From contig NZ_JAFKMA010000002.1 in NCBI RefSeq assembly GCF_017304635.1, positions 327,244 through 391,243 on the forward strand: 64,000 bases of DNA, in the 5' to 3' direction. Both the position numbers and the translations under genes were made by a program. Positions 1 through 9,962 of this stretch are shown piece after piece. The notes beneath the pieces are model-generated. The model worked only from the letters and a program-made list of their open reading frames with translations, searched no databases and was not told the DNA's origin. Position 1 is the stretch's first letter; every line of letters begins with the position of its first letter. The DNA is from Sphingomonas sp. (GTDB lineage: Bacteria; Pseudomonadota; Alphaproteobacteria; Sphingomonadales; Sphingomonadaceae).

Positions 1-1
1 C

Positions 2-226
2 TGGGACGAGGCGCTGAGCGACGCGGTGACCGATCCCGATCCGGCCGTGCGGGCGTCCCGTGTCGCGAACTGGACGGCACTGCCCAACGCGCGCTTCGCG
101 CACCCGCGCGAGGAGCATTTGCTGCCGCTGATGGTGGCGCTGGGGGCCGGCGGCGATGCCCGGGCCCGGCGCGATTTCCGCGACGTCGTGCTGGGCTGGA
201 CCGTCTCCGGCTATCGCTTCGGCTGA
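2..226 (+). CDS. LigB/DODA-type extradiol dioxygenase, 3' end only (5' truncated by window)
   Basis: AHPREEHLLPLMVALGA motif and C-terminal SGYRFG typical of the family; open frame from position 2. Confidence 0.8.
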   Translation, partial: WDEALSDAVTDPDPAVRASRVANWTALPNARFAHPREEHLLPLMVALGAGGDARARRDFRDVVLGWTVSGYRFG

Positions 227-310
227 CGAAACCGGATTGCCGCCAGCGACTTGCTGGTCCATCAGGGCGCCCGGAACCGGTTTCAGACCGGGTGAGGGGA
301 GCGTGAGTTC

Positions 311-1618
311 ATGGCGATCAATCCGGGCGCGACGGCGTCGACCAATCCGGCCGGGACCGGCGACAGCCACCAGGGGATCAACGCCCCCGACCTTCAGCTG
401 TTCGTCTTCGCGCTGTTCTTCATCTTCGGCGGCATCACCAGCCTGAACGACGTCATCATCCCGAAGCTGAAGGAACTGTTCGACCTCAACTTCTTCCGCG
501 CCTCACTGGTCCAGGTATGGTTCTTCGTCGCCTATGCCGTGGTCGGCATTCCCGGCGCGCGGCTGGTCAAGCGGATCGGGTACATGCGCGGGGCGGTCGC
601 CGGGCTGGCGACGATGATTGTCGGCTGTCTGTTGTTCATTCCGGCCAGCAAGACGGCGACGTTCGGTGTGTTCCTGCTGGCCTATTTCGTGCTCGCGACC
701 GGCGTGGTGCTGGTGCAGATCGTCGCCAATCCGCTCATCTCGCTGCTCGGCAAGCCCGAGACGGCGTCGAGCCGCTTGACCTTCGCGCAAGCATTCAACT
801 CGCTCGGCACGACCATCTTTCCCTATTTCGGCGCGATCCTGATCCTCGGCGGCCTCGCCACCGTGACCGCCAAGCAACTGTCCGGCCCAGCGCTCGACGC
901 ATATCGCACGCAGGAATCGCAGGCGATCGTCCACGGCTATCTCGGCATAGCGGCGGCGCTGGCGGTGGTCGCGGCGGTGGTGTGGCTGTTCCGCAACCGG
1001 CTGAAGGGCGAGCAGCACGAAGCGTCGAGCCTGGCGCAGGGCCTGGCGCTGCTCAAGCGCACCCGGTTCGGGTTCGGCGCGTTGTGCATCTTCCTCTACG
1101 TCGGTGCGGAGGTCGCGATCGGCAGCTTCCTGGTCAGCTATCTGGTGCAGTCGAACGTGCTCGGTCTGACGCCGGAAGCGGGCGGCAAGCTGATTCCGTT
1201 TTATTGGGGCGGGGCGTTGATCGGGCGATTCATCGGATCGGCGGTGCTGCGCGTCGTCAATCCGGGCAAGGTGCTGGCGTTCAACGCGGTCGGCGCGATC
1301 ATGCTGATCCTGGTGTCGATCAACACCACCGGCACGACGTCGGGCTATGCCCTGCTGGCGGTCGGGCTGATGAACTCGATCATGTTCCCGACGATTTTCA
1401 CGCTGGCGTGCGAAAAGCTCGGGCGGCGCGCGGCGGACGGATCGGGCATCATCAACGTCGCGATCGCGGGCGGGGCGGTGATCCCCGCGATCTATGGGGC
1501 GCTGGCGGATCATACCAGCCTGCGCCTCGCGCTGGCCCTGCCGATCGCGTGCTACGTCGTGATCGCCGCGTTCGGCCTGTATGCGCGCAAGCCCGCGACC
1601 GATTTCGCCGACGCCTAA
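311..1618 (+). CDS. FucP/GluP-family MFS sugar transporter (glucose/galactose)
   Basis: 435 aa, about 12 hydrophobic segments; ANPLISLLG, AQAFNSLGT, YVGAEVAIGS and SIMFPTIF motifs. Confidence 0.9.
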   Translation: MAINPGATASTNPAGTGDSHQGINAPDLQLFVFALFFIFGGITSLNDVIIPKLKELFDLNFFRASLVQVWFFVAYAVVGIPGARLVKRIGYMRGAVAGLATMIVGCLLFIPASKTATFGVFLLAYFVLATGVVLVQIVANPLISLLGKPETASSRLTFAQAFNSLGTTIFPYFGAILILGGLATVTAKQLSGPALDAYRTQESQAIVHGYLGIAAALAVVAAVVWLFRNRLKGEQHEASSLAQGLALLKRTRFGFGALCIFLYVGAEVAIGSFLVSYLVQSNVLGLTPEAGGKLIPFYWGGALIGRFIGSAVLRVVNPGKVLAFNAVGAIMLILVSINTTGTTSGYALLAVGLMNSIMFPTIFTLACEKLGRRAADGSGIINVAIAGGAVIPAIYGALADHTSLRLALALPIACYVVIAAFGLYARKPATDFADA

Positions 1619-2733
1619 TCGGGCTGGCGTTCGCCGAGGCGCGGGGCGACGCGGCCGAGCGCGAGGTCGGCGTCGGAGAAGCGAATCGGGGTGCGCAGGC
1701 CATCGATCCGCTCGCCCGGCACGACCATGCCGCGTGCGCGGACCTGCGGATCGTTGAGCGCCTGCTCGACGGTGTTGATCGGCCCGACCGGCACGCCGAC
1801 CGCCTCCAGCTTCGCCAGCAGATCGTCGCGGTCGAACCGTGACGTGGTTTCCCGGATCGCGTCGAACAGCGGCTCGCGATGGACGATGCGCCCGGCATTG
1901 GTCGCCCAGCGATCCTCCGGTACGATCCCGACCACGCCGCAGAAGCGCTGGAACTGCGCGTCGTTGCCGACCGCCAGGATGAACCAGCCGTCGCTGGTCG
2001 GGAAGACGGCGTAGGGCGATACGTTCATGTGCGCATTGCCGACCCGCGGGGGCGTGACGCCGCTCGCGAAGTAATTGGCCGCCTGGTTCGCCAGCACGCC
2101 GGTCATCGTGTCGAGCAGCGCCATGTCGATCTGCTGCCCCCGACCCGTCGTCTCGCGCTGGATCAACGCCGCCTGGATGCCGATCACGGCGTAGAGCCCG
2201 GTCGCGATGTCGGCCATCGCCACGCCGATCTTCTGCGGCGCGCCGTCGGGCTCGCCGGTCAGGTCCATGATGCCGCCCATGCCCTGGATGATGAAGTCGT
2301 AGCCTGGGCGCGACGCATAGGGGCCGTCCTGCCCGAACCCGGTGATCGAGCAATAGATCAATCGGGGGTTGATCGCCGACAGGGTGGCGTAATCCAGACC
2401 GTATTTGGCGAGGCCGCCGACCTTGAAATTCTCGATCAGCACGTCGGATTCAGCGGCGAGGCGGCGCACTTCGGCCTGTCCTTCGGCGGTGGTGAAGTCG
2501 ATCACCACCGACGACTTCCCGCGGTTGCACGCGTGGTAGTAAGCGGCGTCGTGCGTCCCGTCGGGGTTCTCGACGAACGGCGGGCCCCAAGTGCGCGTGT
2601 CGTCACCCGCCGGGCTCTCGACCTTGGTGACCTCCGCGCCGAGATCGGCCAGCACCTGCCCCGCCCACGGCCCCGCGAGGATGCGGGCGAGTTCGAGGAC
2701 CTTGAGGCCCTTGAGCGGAGCGTCTTTCTTCAC
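1615..2733 (-). CDS. CaiB/BaiF (family III) CoA-transferase, probably acting on glutarate
   Basis: LARILAGPW, DLGAEVTKVE, NRGKSS, ENFKVGG and PGYD motifs; adjacent to glutaryl-CoA dehydrogenase; GTG start at 2733 chosen because the longer ORF start lies inside a repeat. Confidence 0.9.
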   Translation of the reverse strand: MKKDAPLKGLKVLELARILAGPWAGQVLADLGAEVTKVESPAGDDTRTWGPPFVENPDGTHDAAYYHACNRGKSSVVIDFTTAEGQAEVRRLAAESDVLIENFKVGGLAKYGLDYATLSAINPRLIYCSITGFGQDGPYASRPGYDFIIQGMGGIMDLTGEPDGAPQKIGVAMADIATGLYAVIGIQAALIQRETTGRGQQIDMALLDTMTGVLANQAANYFASGVTPPRVGNAHMNVSPYAVFPTSDGWFILAVGNDAQFQRFCGVVGIVPEDRWATNAGRIVHREPLFDAIRETTSRFDRDDLLAKLEAVGVPVGPINTVEQALNDPQVRARGMVVPGERIDGLRTPIRFSDADLALGRVAPRLGERQPD

Positions 2734-2820
2734 GTCATTCCCGCGAAAGCGGGAACCCATCTCCCGCGCTTTGCCAAGAACAAGCCGTCGATGATGGGCC
2801 CCCGCTTTCGCGGGGGTGAC
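2734..2820. repeat. REP-like double-palindrome element, copy 1
   Basis: GTCATTCCCGCGAAAGCGGGAACCCAT ... ATGGGCCCCCGCTTTCGCGGGGGTGAC; the arms are inverted and each arm is itself a hairpin. Confidence 0.9.
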
Positions 2821-2830
2821 GGTAGAATTT

Positions 2831-4015
2831 TTAGAACGCCGCGATCCCGGTGATCCCCCGGCCGAGGATCAGCGCGTGGACGTCGTGCGCGCCCTCGTAG
2901 GTGTTGACCGTCTCCAGATTCATCAGATGGCGCATGACCTGGTATTCGCCGCTGATGCCGTTGCCGCCGTGCATGTCGCGCGCCGCCCGCGCGATATCGA
3001 GCGCCTTGCCGACATTGTTGCGCTTGACGATCGAGATCATCTCCGGCGCGAACTTGCCCTCGTCCATCAGCCGGCCGACGCGCAAGCTCGCTTGCAGGCC
3101 GAGCGCGATCTCGGTTTCCATGTCGGCGAGCTTCTTCTGGTAGAGCTGGCGCCCGGCGAGCGGCGTGCCGAACTGCTTGCGATCGAGGCCGTATTGCCGC
3201 GCGGCGTGGAAGCAGAATTCCGCCGCGCCCATGCTGCCCCAGCTGATCCCGTAGCGCGCGCGGTTGAGACAGCCGAACGGTCCCTTCAGCCCCTGCACCT
3301 CGGGCAGCAACGCATCCTCGCCGAGCGCGACCTCGTCCATCATCACCATGCCGGTGATCGACGCGCGCAGGGACAGCTTGCCCTCGATCTTGGGCGTCGA
3401 CAGGCCCGTCATGCCCTTTTCGAGCACAAATCCGCGAATGCCGCCGCCGTGCGCGTCGGACTTGGCCCAGATCACGAACACGTCGGCGATCGGGGCGTTC
3501 GAGATCCAGGTCTTGGCGCCCGACAGCGAATAGCCGGTCGCGGTCTTCATCGCGCGCGTCGTCATGCCGCCGGGGTCGGACCCGGCATCGGGCTCGGTCA
3601 GCCCGAACGCGCCGATGAGTTCGCCCGAGGCGAGCTTGGGCAGATATTTCCGCTTCTGTTCCTCCGAGCCGTAGGCATGGATCGGGTACATCACTAAGCT
3701 CGATTGCACCGACATCATCGAGCGATAGCCACTGTCGATCCGCTCGACCTCGCGCGCGACCAGGCCGTAGGCGACGTAGGACGCGCCGACTCCGCCATAT
3801 TCCTCCGGGATGGTCGGGCCGAGCAGGCCGAGCTGGCCCATCTCGCGGAAGATCGCCGGGTCGGTGGTCTCGTTGGCGAAGGCGTCGATGATGCGCGGCG
3901 CGAGCTTGTCCGCGGCATAGGCGCGCGCGGTGTCGCGGACCATGCGCTCGTCGTCGGTCAGCTGATCCTCGAGCAGGAACGGGTCCGCCCAGTCGAAATG
4001 TCCCATGCCGGCCAT
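2831..4015 (-). CDS. gcdH: Glutaryl-CoA dehydrogenase (acyl-CoA dehydrogenase family)
   Basis: FDWADPF N-terminus, [30 protein letters not shown] and [25 protein letters not shown] before ATG 4015. Confidence 0.88.
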   Translation of the reverse strand: MAGMGHFDWADPFLLEDQLTDDERMVRDTARAYAADKLAPRIIDAFANETTDPAIFREMGQLGLLGPTIPEEYGGVGASYVAYGLVAREVERIDSGYRSMMSVQSSLVMYPIHAYGSEEQKRKYLPKLASGELIGAFGLTEPDAGSDPGGMTTRAMKTATGYSLSGAKTWISNAPIADVFVIWAKSDAHGGGIRGFVLEKGMTGLSTPKIEGKLSLRASITGMVMMDEVALGEDALLPEVQGLKGPFGCLNRARYGISWGSMGAAEFCFHAARQYGLDRKQFGTPLAGRQLYQKKLADMETEIALGLQASLRVGRLMDEGKFAPEMISIVKRNNVGKALDIARAARDMHGGNGISGEYQVMRHLMNLETVNTYEGAHDVHALILGRGITGIAAF

Positions 4016-4072
4016 CTGCCTCTCCTTCGCCTCCGCATTGTCGCGGGCGGCGGCTTGAGGCAAGGAAAAGCG

Positions 4073-4891
4073 ATGAGCGGCTATCGACCCCGGCGCAGCG
4101 CGCTGTTCCTGCCCGCGAGCAACGCGCGCGCGATCGACAAGGCGCGCGGGCTGGCGGCGGACGTCGTGATCCTCGACCTGGAGGATGCGGTTGCGCCGGA
4201 GGCGAAGCCGGCCGCACGGAACGCTGCGGTCGCGGCGGCGGGCGAGGGGTTCGGCACGCGCGAGACGGTGATCCGCGCGAACGCGATCGATACGCCATGG
4301 GGTGACGACGACCTCGCCGCGATCGCCGCGAGCAGGGCGGATGCGGTGCTGGTGCCCAAGGTGCGAAACGCTGCCGATGTCGCGCGGTATCGGGCGGCGC
4401 TGGGCGGCAAGCCGCTATGGCTGATGATCGAGACGTGCGAGGCGATCGGACGGTTGCAGGATATCGCCGAGGCCGGCGCGCAAGGGTTCGTGCTCGGCGT
4501 CAACGACCTCGCGCTCGAACTCGGGGCGCGGCCGGGGGTGGGGCGGGCATGGCTGGCGCCGATCCAGGCGATGGTGCTGGCGGCGGCGCGGTCGCGCGGG
4601 CTGGTCGCACTCGACGGCGTCTGCAACGATTTCAGCGACGATGCCCGGCTCGGTGAGGAATGCGAAGCGGCGGCGGCGATGGGCTATGACGGCAAGTCGC
4701 TGATTCACCCGCGCCAGATCGCCTTCTGCAACGCGGCGTTTGGGCCGAGCCCGGACGAGATCGCCTGGGCGCGCAAGGTCCGCGACGCCTTCGCCGCTAG
4801 CGCCGGCGGCGTCATTCAGGTCGGCGGGAAGATGGTCGAGGCGCTTCACCTGGTGCAGGCCGAAAGGCTGTTGGCCATCGCTGATGCTTAG
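4073..4891 (+). CDS. CitE/HpcH-like CoA ester lyase (malyl/citryl-CoA lyase family)
   Basis: [28 protein letters not shown] and [13 protein letters not shown] motifs. Confidence 0.88.
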   Translation: MSGYRPRRSALFLPASNARAIDKARGLAADVVILDLEDAVAPEAKPAARNAAVAAAGEGFGTRETVIRANAIDTPWGDDDLAAIAASRADAVLVPKVRNAADVARYRAALGGKPLWLMIETCEAIGRLQDIAEAGAQGFVLGVNDLALELGARPGVGRAWLAPIQAMVLAAARSRGLVALDGVCNDFSDDARLGEECEAAAAMGYDGKSLIHPRQIAFCNAAFGPSPDEIAWARKVRDAFAASAGGVIQVGGKMVEALHLVQAERLLAIADA

Positions 4892-4899
4892 CCCTTCAC

Positions 4900-5005
4900 G
4901 CCTCCCCGGCGAAGGCCGGGGTCCAGTTGCGAGACGCGCCTTGGTGTGCGATCCGCTTCGTTACTATTGCCTACCCGACTGGGCCCCGGCCTGCGCCGGG
5001 GAGGC
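4900..5005. repeat. REP-like double-palindrome element, copy 2
   Basis: 28-bp inverted arms 4900-4927 and 4978-5005 with 2 mismatches. Confidence 0.9.
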
Positions 5006-5026
5006 TGCTATCATTAGGGGTTTTGA

Positions 5027-5908
5027 ATGACCAGGATCGCGGGCGTCGAACTCGGCGGGACCAAGTGCCTGTGCGTGCTGGCCGAGGACGGCGTGATCGT
5101 CGATCAGGTGCGGGTCGACACCACCGACCCGGTGACGACGATGGCGGGGATCGAGGCGGCGCTCGACGGCTGGCGCGGGTTCGCGGCGATCGGCATCGCC
5201 AGCTTCGGACCGATCGGGATCGATCGCGCGGCGGCCAATTACGGCCACATCACCGCGACGACCAAGCCCGGCTGGGCGAACACCGACGTCGCCGGGCGGT
5301 TGCAGCGGCGCTATGGCGTACCGACCGGGTTTCACACCGACGTCGTCGGCGCGGGTCTGGCGGAGGCGAAGGCGGGCGCGGCACAGGGCTTGGCCGACCT
5401 CGCTTATGTCACGATCGGCACCGGGGTCGGCATCGGGCTGATCGCGGGCGGCCAGCCGGTGGTCGGGCTGACGCATCAGGAACTCGGCCATATCCGGCCG
5501 GTGCGGCTGGCGGGTGACGACTGGCCGGGCATGTGCAGCTTCCACGGCGATTGCGTCGAGGGGCTGGCATCGGGCCCGGCGATCAAGGCGCGCGCCGGGG
5601 TCAGCGCGGACCAGATTCCGCAAGAGTCGCTGATCTGGCGACAGGTCGCGCATCCGATCGCGCAATTGTGCCAGACGCTGGTGCTGACCGGGGTGCCTCG
5701 GCGCATCGTGTTCGGTGGCGGCGTGTCGCTCGGCGTATCATGGCTGTTGCCGATGGTACGTGCGATGTTCGACGAAAGCCTGGGCAGCTATGGCGATCGC
5801 TCGCTGCTCGGCGATCTCGACAGCTATATCGTTCCGGCAGGGCTGGGCGGCGAGGCCGGGCCGATGGGCGCGATCCTGCTCGGCGAACAGGCGCTGGCGG
5901 CTGGCTGA
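5027..5908 (+). CDS. ROK-family sugar kinase (fructokinase-like)
   Basis: GVELGGTK, GIASFGP, YVTIGTGVG, ELGH and CSFHGDCVEGLASG motifs. Confidence 0.9.
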   Translation: MTRIAGVELGGTKCLCVLAEDGVIVDQVRVDTTDPVTTMAGIEAALDGWRGFAAIGIASFGPIGIDRAAANYGHITATTKPGWANTDVAGRLQRRYGVPTGFHTDVVGAGLAEAKAGAAQGLADLAYVTIGTGVGIGLIAGGQPVVGLTHQELGHIRPVRLAGDDWPGMCSFHGDCVEGLASGPAIKARAGVSADQIPQESLIWRQVAHPIAQLCQTLVLTGVPRRIVFGGGVSLGVSWLLPMVRAMFDESLGSYGDRSLLGDLDSYIVPAGLGGEAGPMGAILLGEQALAAG

Positions 5909-5942
5909 TCCCGCCATTTCGGGCGCGATCCGGCGAAGTCGG

Positions 5943-5959
5943 TTTACGCCCTCTTAACC
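5943..5959 (+). promoter_or_regulatory. CtrA-like box
   Basis: TTTA-CGCCCTC-TTAACC, one mismatch to TTAA-N7-TTAAC, upstream of the REC-GGDEF-EAL gene. Confidence 0.55.
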
Positions 5960-6025
5960 CTGCCTGCTTACCCCTCGGCAACGACCATGGGGCGTGGTGT
6001 ACGCCCGCCAATGAAGGGGTGGCCT

Positions 6026-7903
6026 GTGCGCATTCTGATCGTCGACGACGAGCCCGCGATGCACGATTCCTACCGCCGCTGTTTCGCGCGCGGGGAATGT
6101 GCCGAGGACGGTGCGCTGAACGCGATGGCGGCCGAATTGTTCGGCGAGCAGGCGGAACCGCGCGGCGACGTGCCGGCGTTCGATACGGTGCATTGCCTGC
6201 AAGGACTCGATGCCGTGGCGCAGGTCGAAGCGGCAATCGCCGCCGGCGACCCGTTCGCGGTCGCCTTCATCGACATCCGCATGCCGCCGGGGATCGACGG
6301 CAAGGAGACCGCGACGCGGATCCGCGCGCTCGATCCGAACGTCAACCTGGTCATCACCACCGGCTTCTCCGACTTCTCGCCGATCGAGATTTCGAAGGTG
6401 GCGGGGCCGGCCGACAAGATCTTCTACATCGCCAAGCCGTTCGAGGTCGCCGAGGTCGTCCAGACCGCGACCGCGCTGGTCCACCGCTGGGCCGCCGACC
6501 GCGAGCTGGCGGCGGCGATGGCGCAACTGACCGAGCAGTCGGTCGAGCTCGCCGCGAACGAATCCCGCGCGCTGCATCTGGCGACGCACGATTCGCTGAC
6601 CGAGGCGCCCAACCGGCTCGCCTTCGTGAAGGCGCTGGCCGAACAGGCGCGGGGCGGCGGCATGTTCGCGGCGGCGATGGTCGATCTCGATCGCTTCAAG
6701 CTGGTCAACGACACGCTCGGCCATCTGGCGGGCGACGAATTGCTGCGCGCGATGTGCGGGCTGCTCCAGTCCAGCGCACCGGCCGGCGCGACCGTCGCCC
6801 GGCTCGGCGGCGACGAGTTCGGCATCCTGTTCGACACGCCCGGCGAGCAAGCCGCGGTGATGGCGTGCGATCGCATCGTCGCGGCGTGCGCGACCAGTTT
6901 CCGCATCCTCGGCCATTCCGTGCAGGGCAGCGCCTCGATCGGCGTCGTCGTGGTCGAGGGCAGCGACGCGCGCGACCCGGTCGACGTGATGCGCCGCGCC
7001 GACCTCGCGCTCAACCACGCCAAGAAAGCGGGGCGCGGCGTGGTGCGCAGCTTCGACGAGACGATGGACGACAGCGTCCGCTTCCGCCGCCGCATCGAAG
7101 GCGGGCTCGGCCAGGCGATCGAGCGCGGCGAGTTGAGCCTCGCCTACCAGCCGATCGTCGCGGGCGACCGCATGGAAGTGGTCGGGTTCGAGGCGCTACT
7201 ACGCTGGCGGACCGCGGAGTTCGGGCCGATCAGCCCGGCGCTGTTCATCCCGATCGCCGAGGAATCGAACCTGATCCACGAGCTCGGCGACTGGGTGCTC
7301 GACGAGGCGCTGAAGGTGCTGCCCGACTGGCCCGGCCAGTACGTGTCGGTCAATTTCAGCCCGCGCCAGTTCCGTCGCCAGAACTTCGTCGGCCACCTGA
7401 TGGAACGCGTCCAGCATGCCGGGATCGCGCCGAGCCGCGTCCAGATCGAGATCACCGAGACCGCGATCTTCGACAATGCCGAACGCGCCGCCGACACGCT
7501 CTACAAGCTGCGCCAGATGGGGTTCCGCATCGCGCTCGACGATTTCGGGACCGGATATTCGTCGCTCTACAACATCCGCAAGTTCGCGCTCGATTGCCTG
7601 AAGATCGACAAGAGCTTCATCGACGGCATGGGCCGCGAGAAGGAATCGGCGGCGATCGTGCAGTCGATCGTCCATCTCGGCCGCGCGCTGGGGCTGGGCG
7701 TGGTGGCCGAAGGGGTCGAGACCGACGCGCAGGTCCAGGCGCTGCGGCTGGCGGGGGCAAGCCACCTCCAGGGCTATTATTTCTCGCGGCCTGTCCCGGC
7801 GGCGGACGCCAAGGCGATGGCCGAGGCGCGCTTCGTCGGCGGGGCGGACGATCTCGGCGGCGACGAATTCGCGATCCAGGCGGGTAACGGAACGGCGGGC
7901 TGA
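6026..7903 (+). CDS. Response regulator with REC, GGDEF and EAL domains
   Basis: ILIVDDE, FIDIRMPPGIDG and YIAKPF (REC); RLGGDEF; GFEALLRW and IALDDFGTGYSS; start could be 6026 (GTG with AAGGGG RBS), 6011 or 5987. Confidence 0.92.
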   Translation: MRILIVDDEPAMHDSYRRCFARGECAEDGALNAMAAELFGEQAEPRGDVPAFDTVHCLQGLDAVAQVEAAIAAGDPFAVAFIDIRMPPGIDGKETATRIRALDPNVNLVITTGFSDFSPIEISKVAGPADKIFYIAKPFEVAEVVQTATALVHRWAADRELAAAMAQLTEQSVELAANESRALHLATHDSLTEAPNRLAFVKALAEQARGGGMFAAAMVDLDRFKLVNDTLGHLAGDELLRAMCGLLQSSAPAGATVARLGGDEFGILFDTPGEQAAVMACDRIVAACATSFRILGHSVQGSASIGVVVVEGSDARDPVDVMRRADLALNHAKKAGRGVVRSFDETMDDSVRFRRRIEGGLGQAIERGELSLAYQPIVAGDRMEVVGFEALLRWRTAEFGPISPALFIPIAEESNLIHELGDWVLDEALKVLPDWPGQYVSVNFSPRQFRRQNFVGHLMERVQHAGIAPSRVQIEITETAIFDNAERAADTLYKLRQMGFRIALDDFGTGYSSLYNIRKFALDCLKIDKSFIDGMGREKESAAIVQSIVHLGRALGLGVVAEGVETDAQVQALRLAGASHLQGYYFSRPVPAADAKAMAEARFVGGADDLGGDEFAIQAGNGTAG

Positions 7904-9768
7904 TGCCCATCCGCCAGGCGATCGCGCGGGGGCGCCAGAAGGCGACGGCGGCCTCGCTCGGCGGCAAGCTGCTGCTGGTGTTGGCGGCGGTCGGGCTGAT
8001 CGGCTCGGTCGCGCTGACGCTGTTGCTGGCGGCCGTCATCACGCCCAGTTTCAACGCGCTCGAGCATCAGTCGATCGACGGCCATGTCGAGCGCACCCGC
8101 GCCGCGCTCAACGACTTCGCGGTCAAGGTCGAGAATTCGGTGCGCGATTACGGCGACTGGAATTCGAGCTACGACTATATCGTCCACCCGACCAAGGCGT
8201 TCGAAGCGGAGAGTTTTTCGCCGCTCGCGATGGCCAATCTCGACATGGACGGAATGGCCTATCTGCGCCCCGATCGCAGCCTGGTGATCGCGCGCTGGAT
8301 CGATCCGCGGACTGGCCGCGAGCGCGACAATCTGCGCGATGCGATGGTCGCGAAATTGCGCGCCCTGCCGCTCGATGCGGCGATGAAGGGGGGCAGTTCG
8401 GGGCATTTCTACACGCGGCTCGGCGACGTCGTCGCGGCGGTCGGCGTTGCGCAGGTGCGGCGGAGCGACGGTAGCGGGACGCCACACGGGTACGTGCTGA
8501 TGGTGCGGCAACTGACCCCGCGCCAGTTGAGCGGCTTGTTGCAGGTGCGCGCGCGGCTCGACCTCGGCGGTGCGAGCGCGGCGCTGGTCACGACGAACGC
8601 GGACACGTTGCAGATCGCGGTGCCGATCACCGGCCCCGACGGCCGCGCGGTCGCGGCGGCGCGGTTCGCGGTGCCGCGCGACGTGTCCCTGTTGGGGCGC
8701 CACATGCTGTGGCTGGCGGTGGCGGGGGCGACGTTGCTGTTGCTGATCGTGCTGGCGGTGCTGCGGCGGATGATTACGCGGCTGGTGCTGCGCCCGCTCG
8801 GCCGGGTCGAGGCGCACATGCAGCAGGTGAGTGCCTCTGGCAGCCTCGCGCTGCTCGACCGCGACGATGCCGCGCGCGACGAAATCGCCTCGCTCGGGCG
8901 CAGTTTCAACGCGATGCTGGTCCAGCTCAAGGACTTGCGCGAGCAGATCGAGGTGCAGGGGTTCGAGCTCGGCCGTTCCGAAAGCGCGGTCGCGGTGATG
9001 CACAACGTGCGCAACGCGCTAAACCCGATCACCACAATCCTGAGCCAGGGGATCGACCAGCCGGCGCCGGTCGATCGCGCAATGCTCGACCGGGCGATCG
9101 CCGAGCTGGGCGGCGAGACGGAGCCGGACCGGCGCGTGCGGTTGAGCCGGTTCGTCGCCGCCGCCGTCGCCGCCGAGGACCGCCAGCGCGCCGACCGCCG
9201 CGACCAGATGCAGGTCGGCCGCGATGCGATGCGCCAGGTGCTGGAGATCATCGGCACGCAACAGGTGCTGGCGCACGAACGCCCGCCACTCGAACCCTGC
9301 GACGCGACGCAGATCATCGCCCAGAACGCGACGATCGCGCTCCATGCCGGCGACGGCCGCTCGATCGCCTTCGCGTTTCCGGCGCGCCCGCATCCGGTCA
9401 TGGCCAACCGCGTGCTGCTGAGCCAGGTGATCGGCAATCTGTTCGCCAACGCCGCCGACGCGATCGGCGCGGTCGGCGGGTCGGGCAGCATCAAGGTGAC
9501 GGTCGACGATTTGCCAGACGGCCGGGTCGAGATCGCGATCCGCGACAGCGGGGAGGGGTTCGACGCCTCTCGCGCGGCGCAACTGTTCCAGCGCGGCTAT
9601 TCGACGCGGGCGGACAAGTCCGGCGGGCTCGGGCTTCACTGGTGCGCCAATTCGATGATTGCGATGCAGGGCTCGCTCAACCTCGCGAGCGAAGGGCCGG
9701 GGCTGGGCGCCATCGCGAAACTGGTGCTGTGCGCGCCGGAGCCGGCAGCGACGGGGCTCGCGGCCTGA
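7903..9768 (+). CDS. Membrane sensor histidine kinase (CHASE4-like periplasmic domain, HAMP, HATPase)
   Basis: Two TM segments; VRDYGDWNSSY; DEIASLGRSFNAM; H-box MHNVRN; NLFANA, IRDSGEGF and GGLGL; TGATG overlap with the upstream gene. Confidence 0.9.
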   Translation: MPIRQAIARGRQKATAASLGGKLLLVLAAVGLIGSVALTLLLAAVITPSFNALEHQSIDGHVERTRAALNDFAVKVENSVRDYGDWNSSYDYIVHPTKAFEAESFSPLAMANLDMDGMAYLRPDRSLVIARWIDPRTGRERDNLRDAMVAKLRALPLDAAMKGGSSGHFYTRLGDVVAAVGVAQVRRSDGSGTPHGYVLMVRQLTPRQLSGLLQVRARLDLGGASAALVTTNADTLQIAVPITGPDGRAVAAARFAVPRDVSLLGRHMLWLAVAGATLLLLIVLAVLRRMITRLVLRPLGRVEAHMQQVSASGSLALLDRDDAARDEIASLGRSFNAMLVQLKDLREQIEVQGFELGRSESAVAVMHNVRNALNPITTILSQGIDQPAPVDRAMLDRAIAELGGETEPDRRVRLSRFVAAAVAAEDRQRADRRDQMQVGRDAMRQVLEIIGTQQVLAHERPPLEPCDATQIIAQNATIALHAGDGRSIAFAFPARPHPVMANRVLLSQVIGNLFANAADAIGAVGGSGSIKVTVDDLPDGRVEIAIRDSGEGFDASRAAQLFQRGYSTRADKSGGLGLHWCANSMIAMQGSLNLASEGPGLGAIAKLVLCAPEPAATGLAA

Positions 9769-9899
9769 CCTTCACGACCGGAATGTGGCGAAGTTGACGC
9801 GGACGCGGCGTTAAAACGAAATCCAGATATATCAAAGTGCTCTGGTAGGATATTGCGACAAATCCTACATTGCAACCGGCGCCATGCCGACAGACCGGC

Positions 9900-9924
9900 G
9901 GAACGATCCGCCGCCGCTGCCGTT
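9900..9924 (+). promoter_or_regulatory. EcfG/sigma-T (general stress response)-type promoter of ohr
   Basis: GGAAC-N16-CGTT exact match ending 38 bp upstream of the ohr ATG. Confidence 0.65.
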
Positions 9925-9962
9925 GCCCCGACGAACCACTCACCAGCGGGAGACGAGCAGCA

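Noticed and set aside
2734-2760. N-terminal extension MGSRFRGND of the CoA-transferase (and similar extensions of murF, murD and ftsW in the ORF track)
   Set aside because: They derive from repeat or intergenic sequence; downstream starts fit family length better
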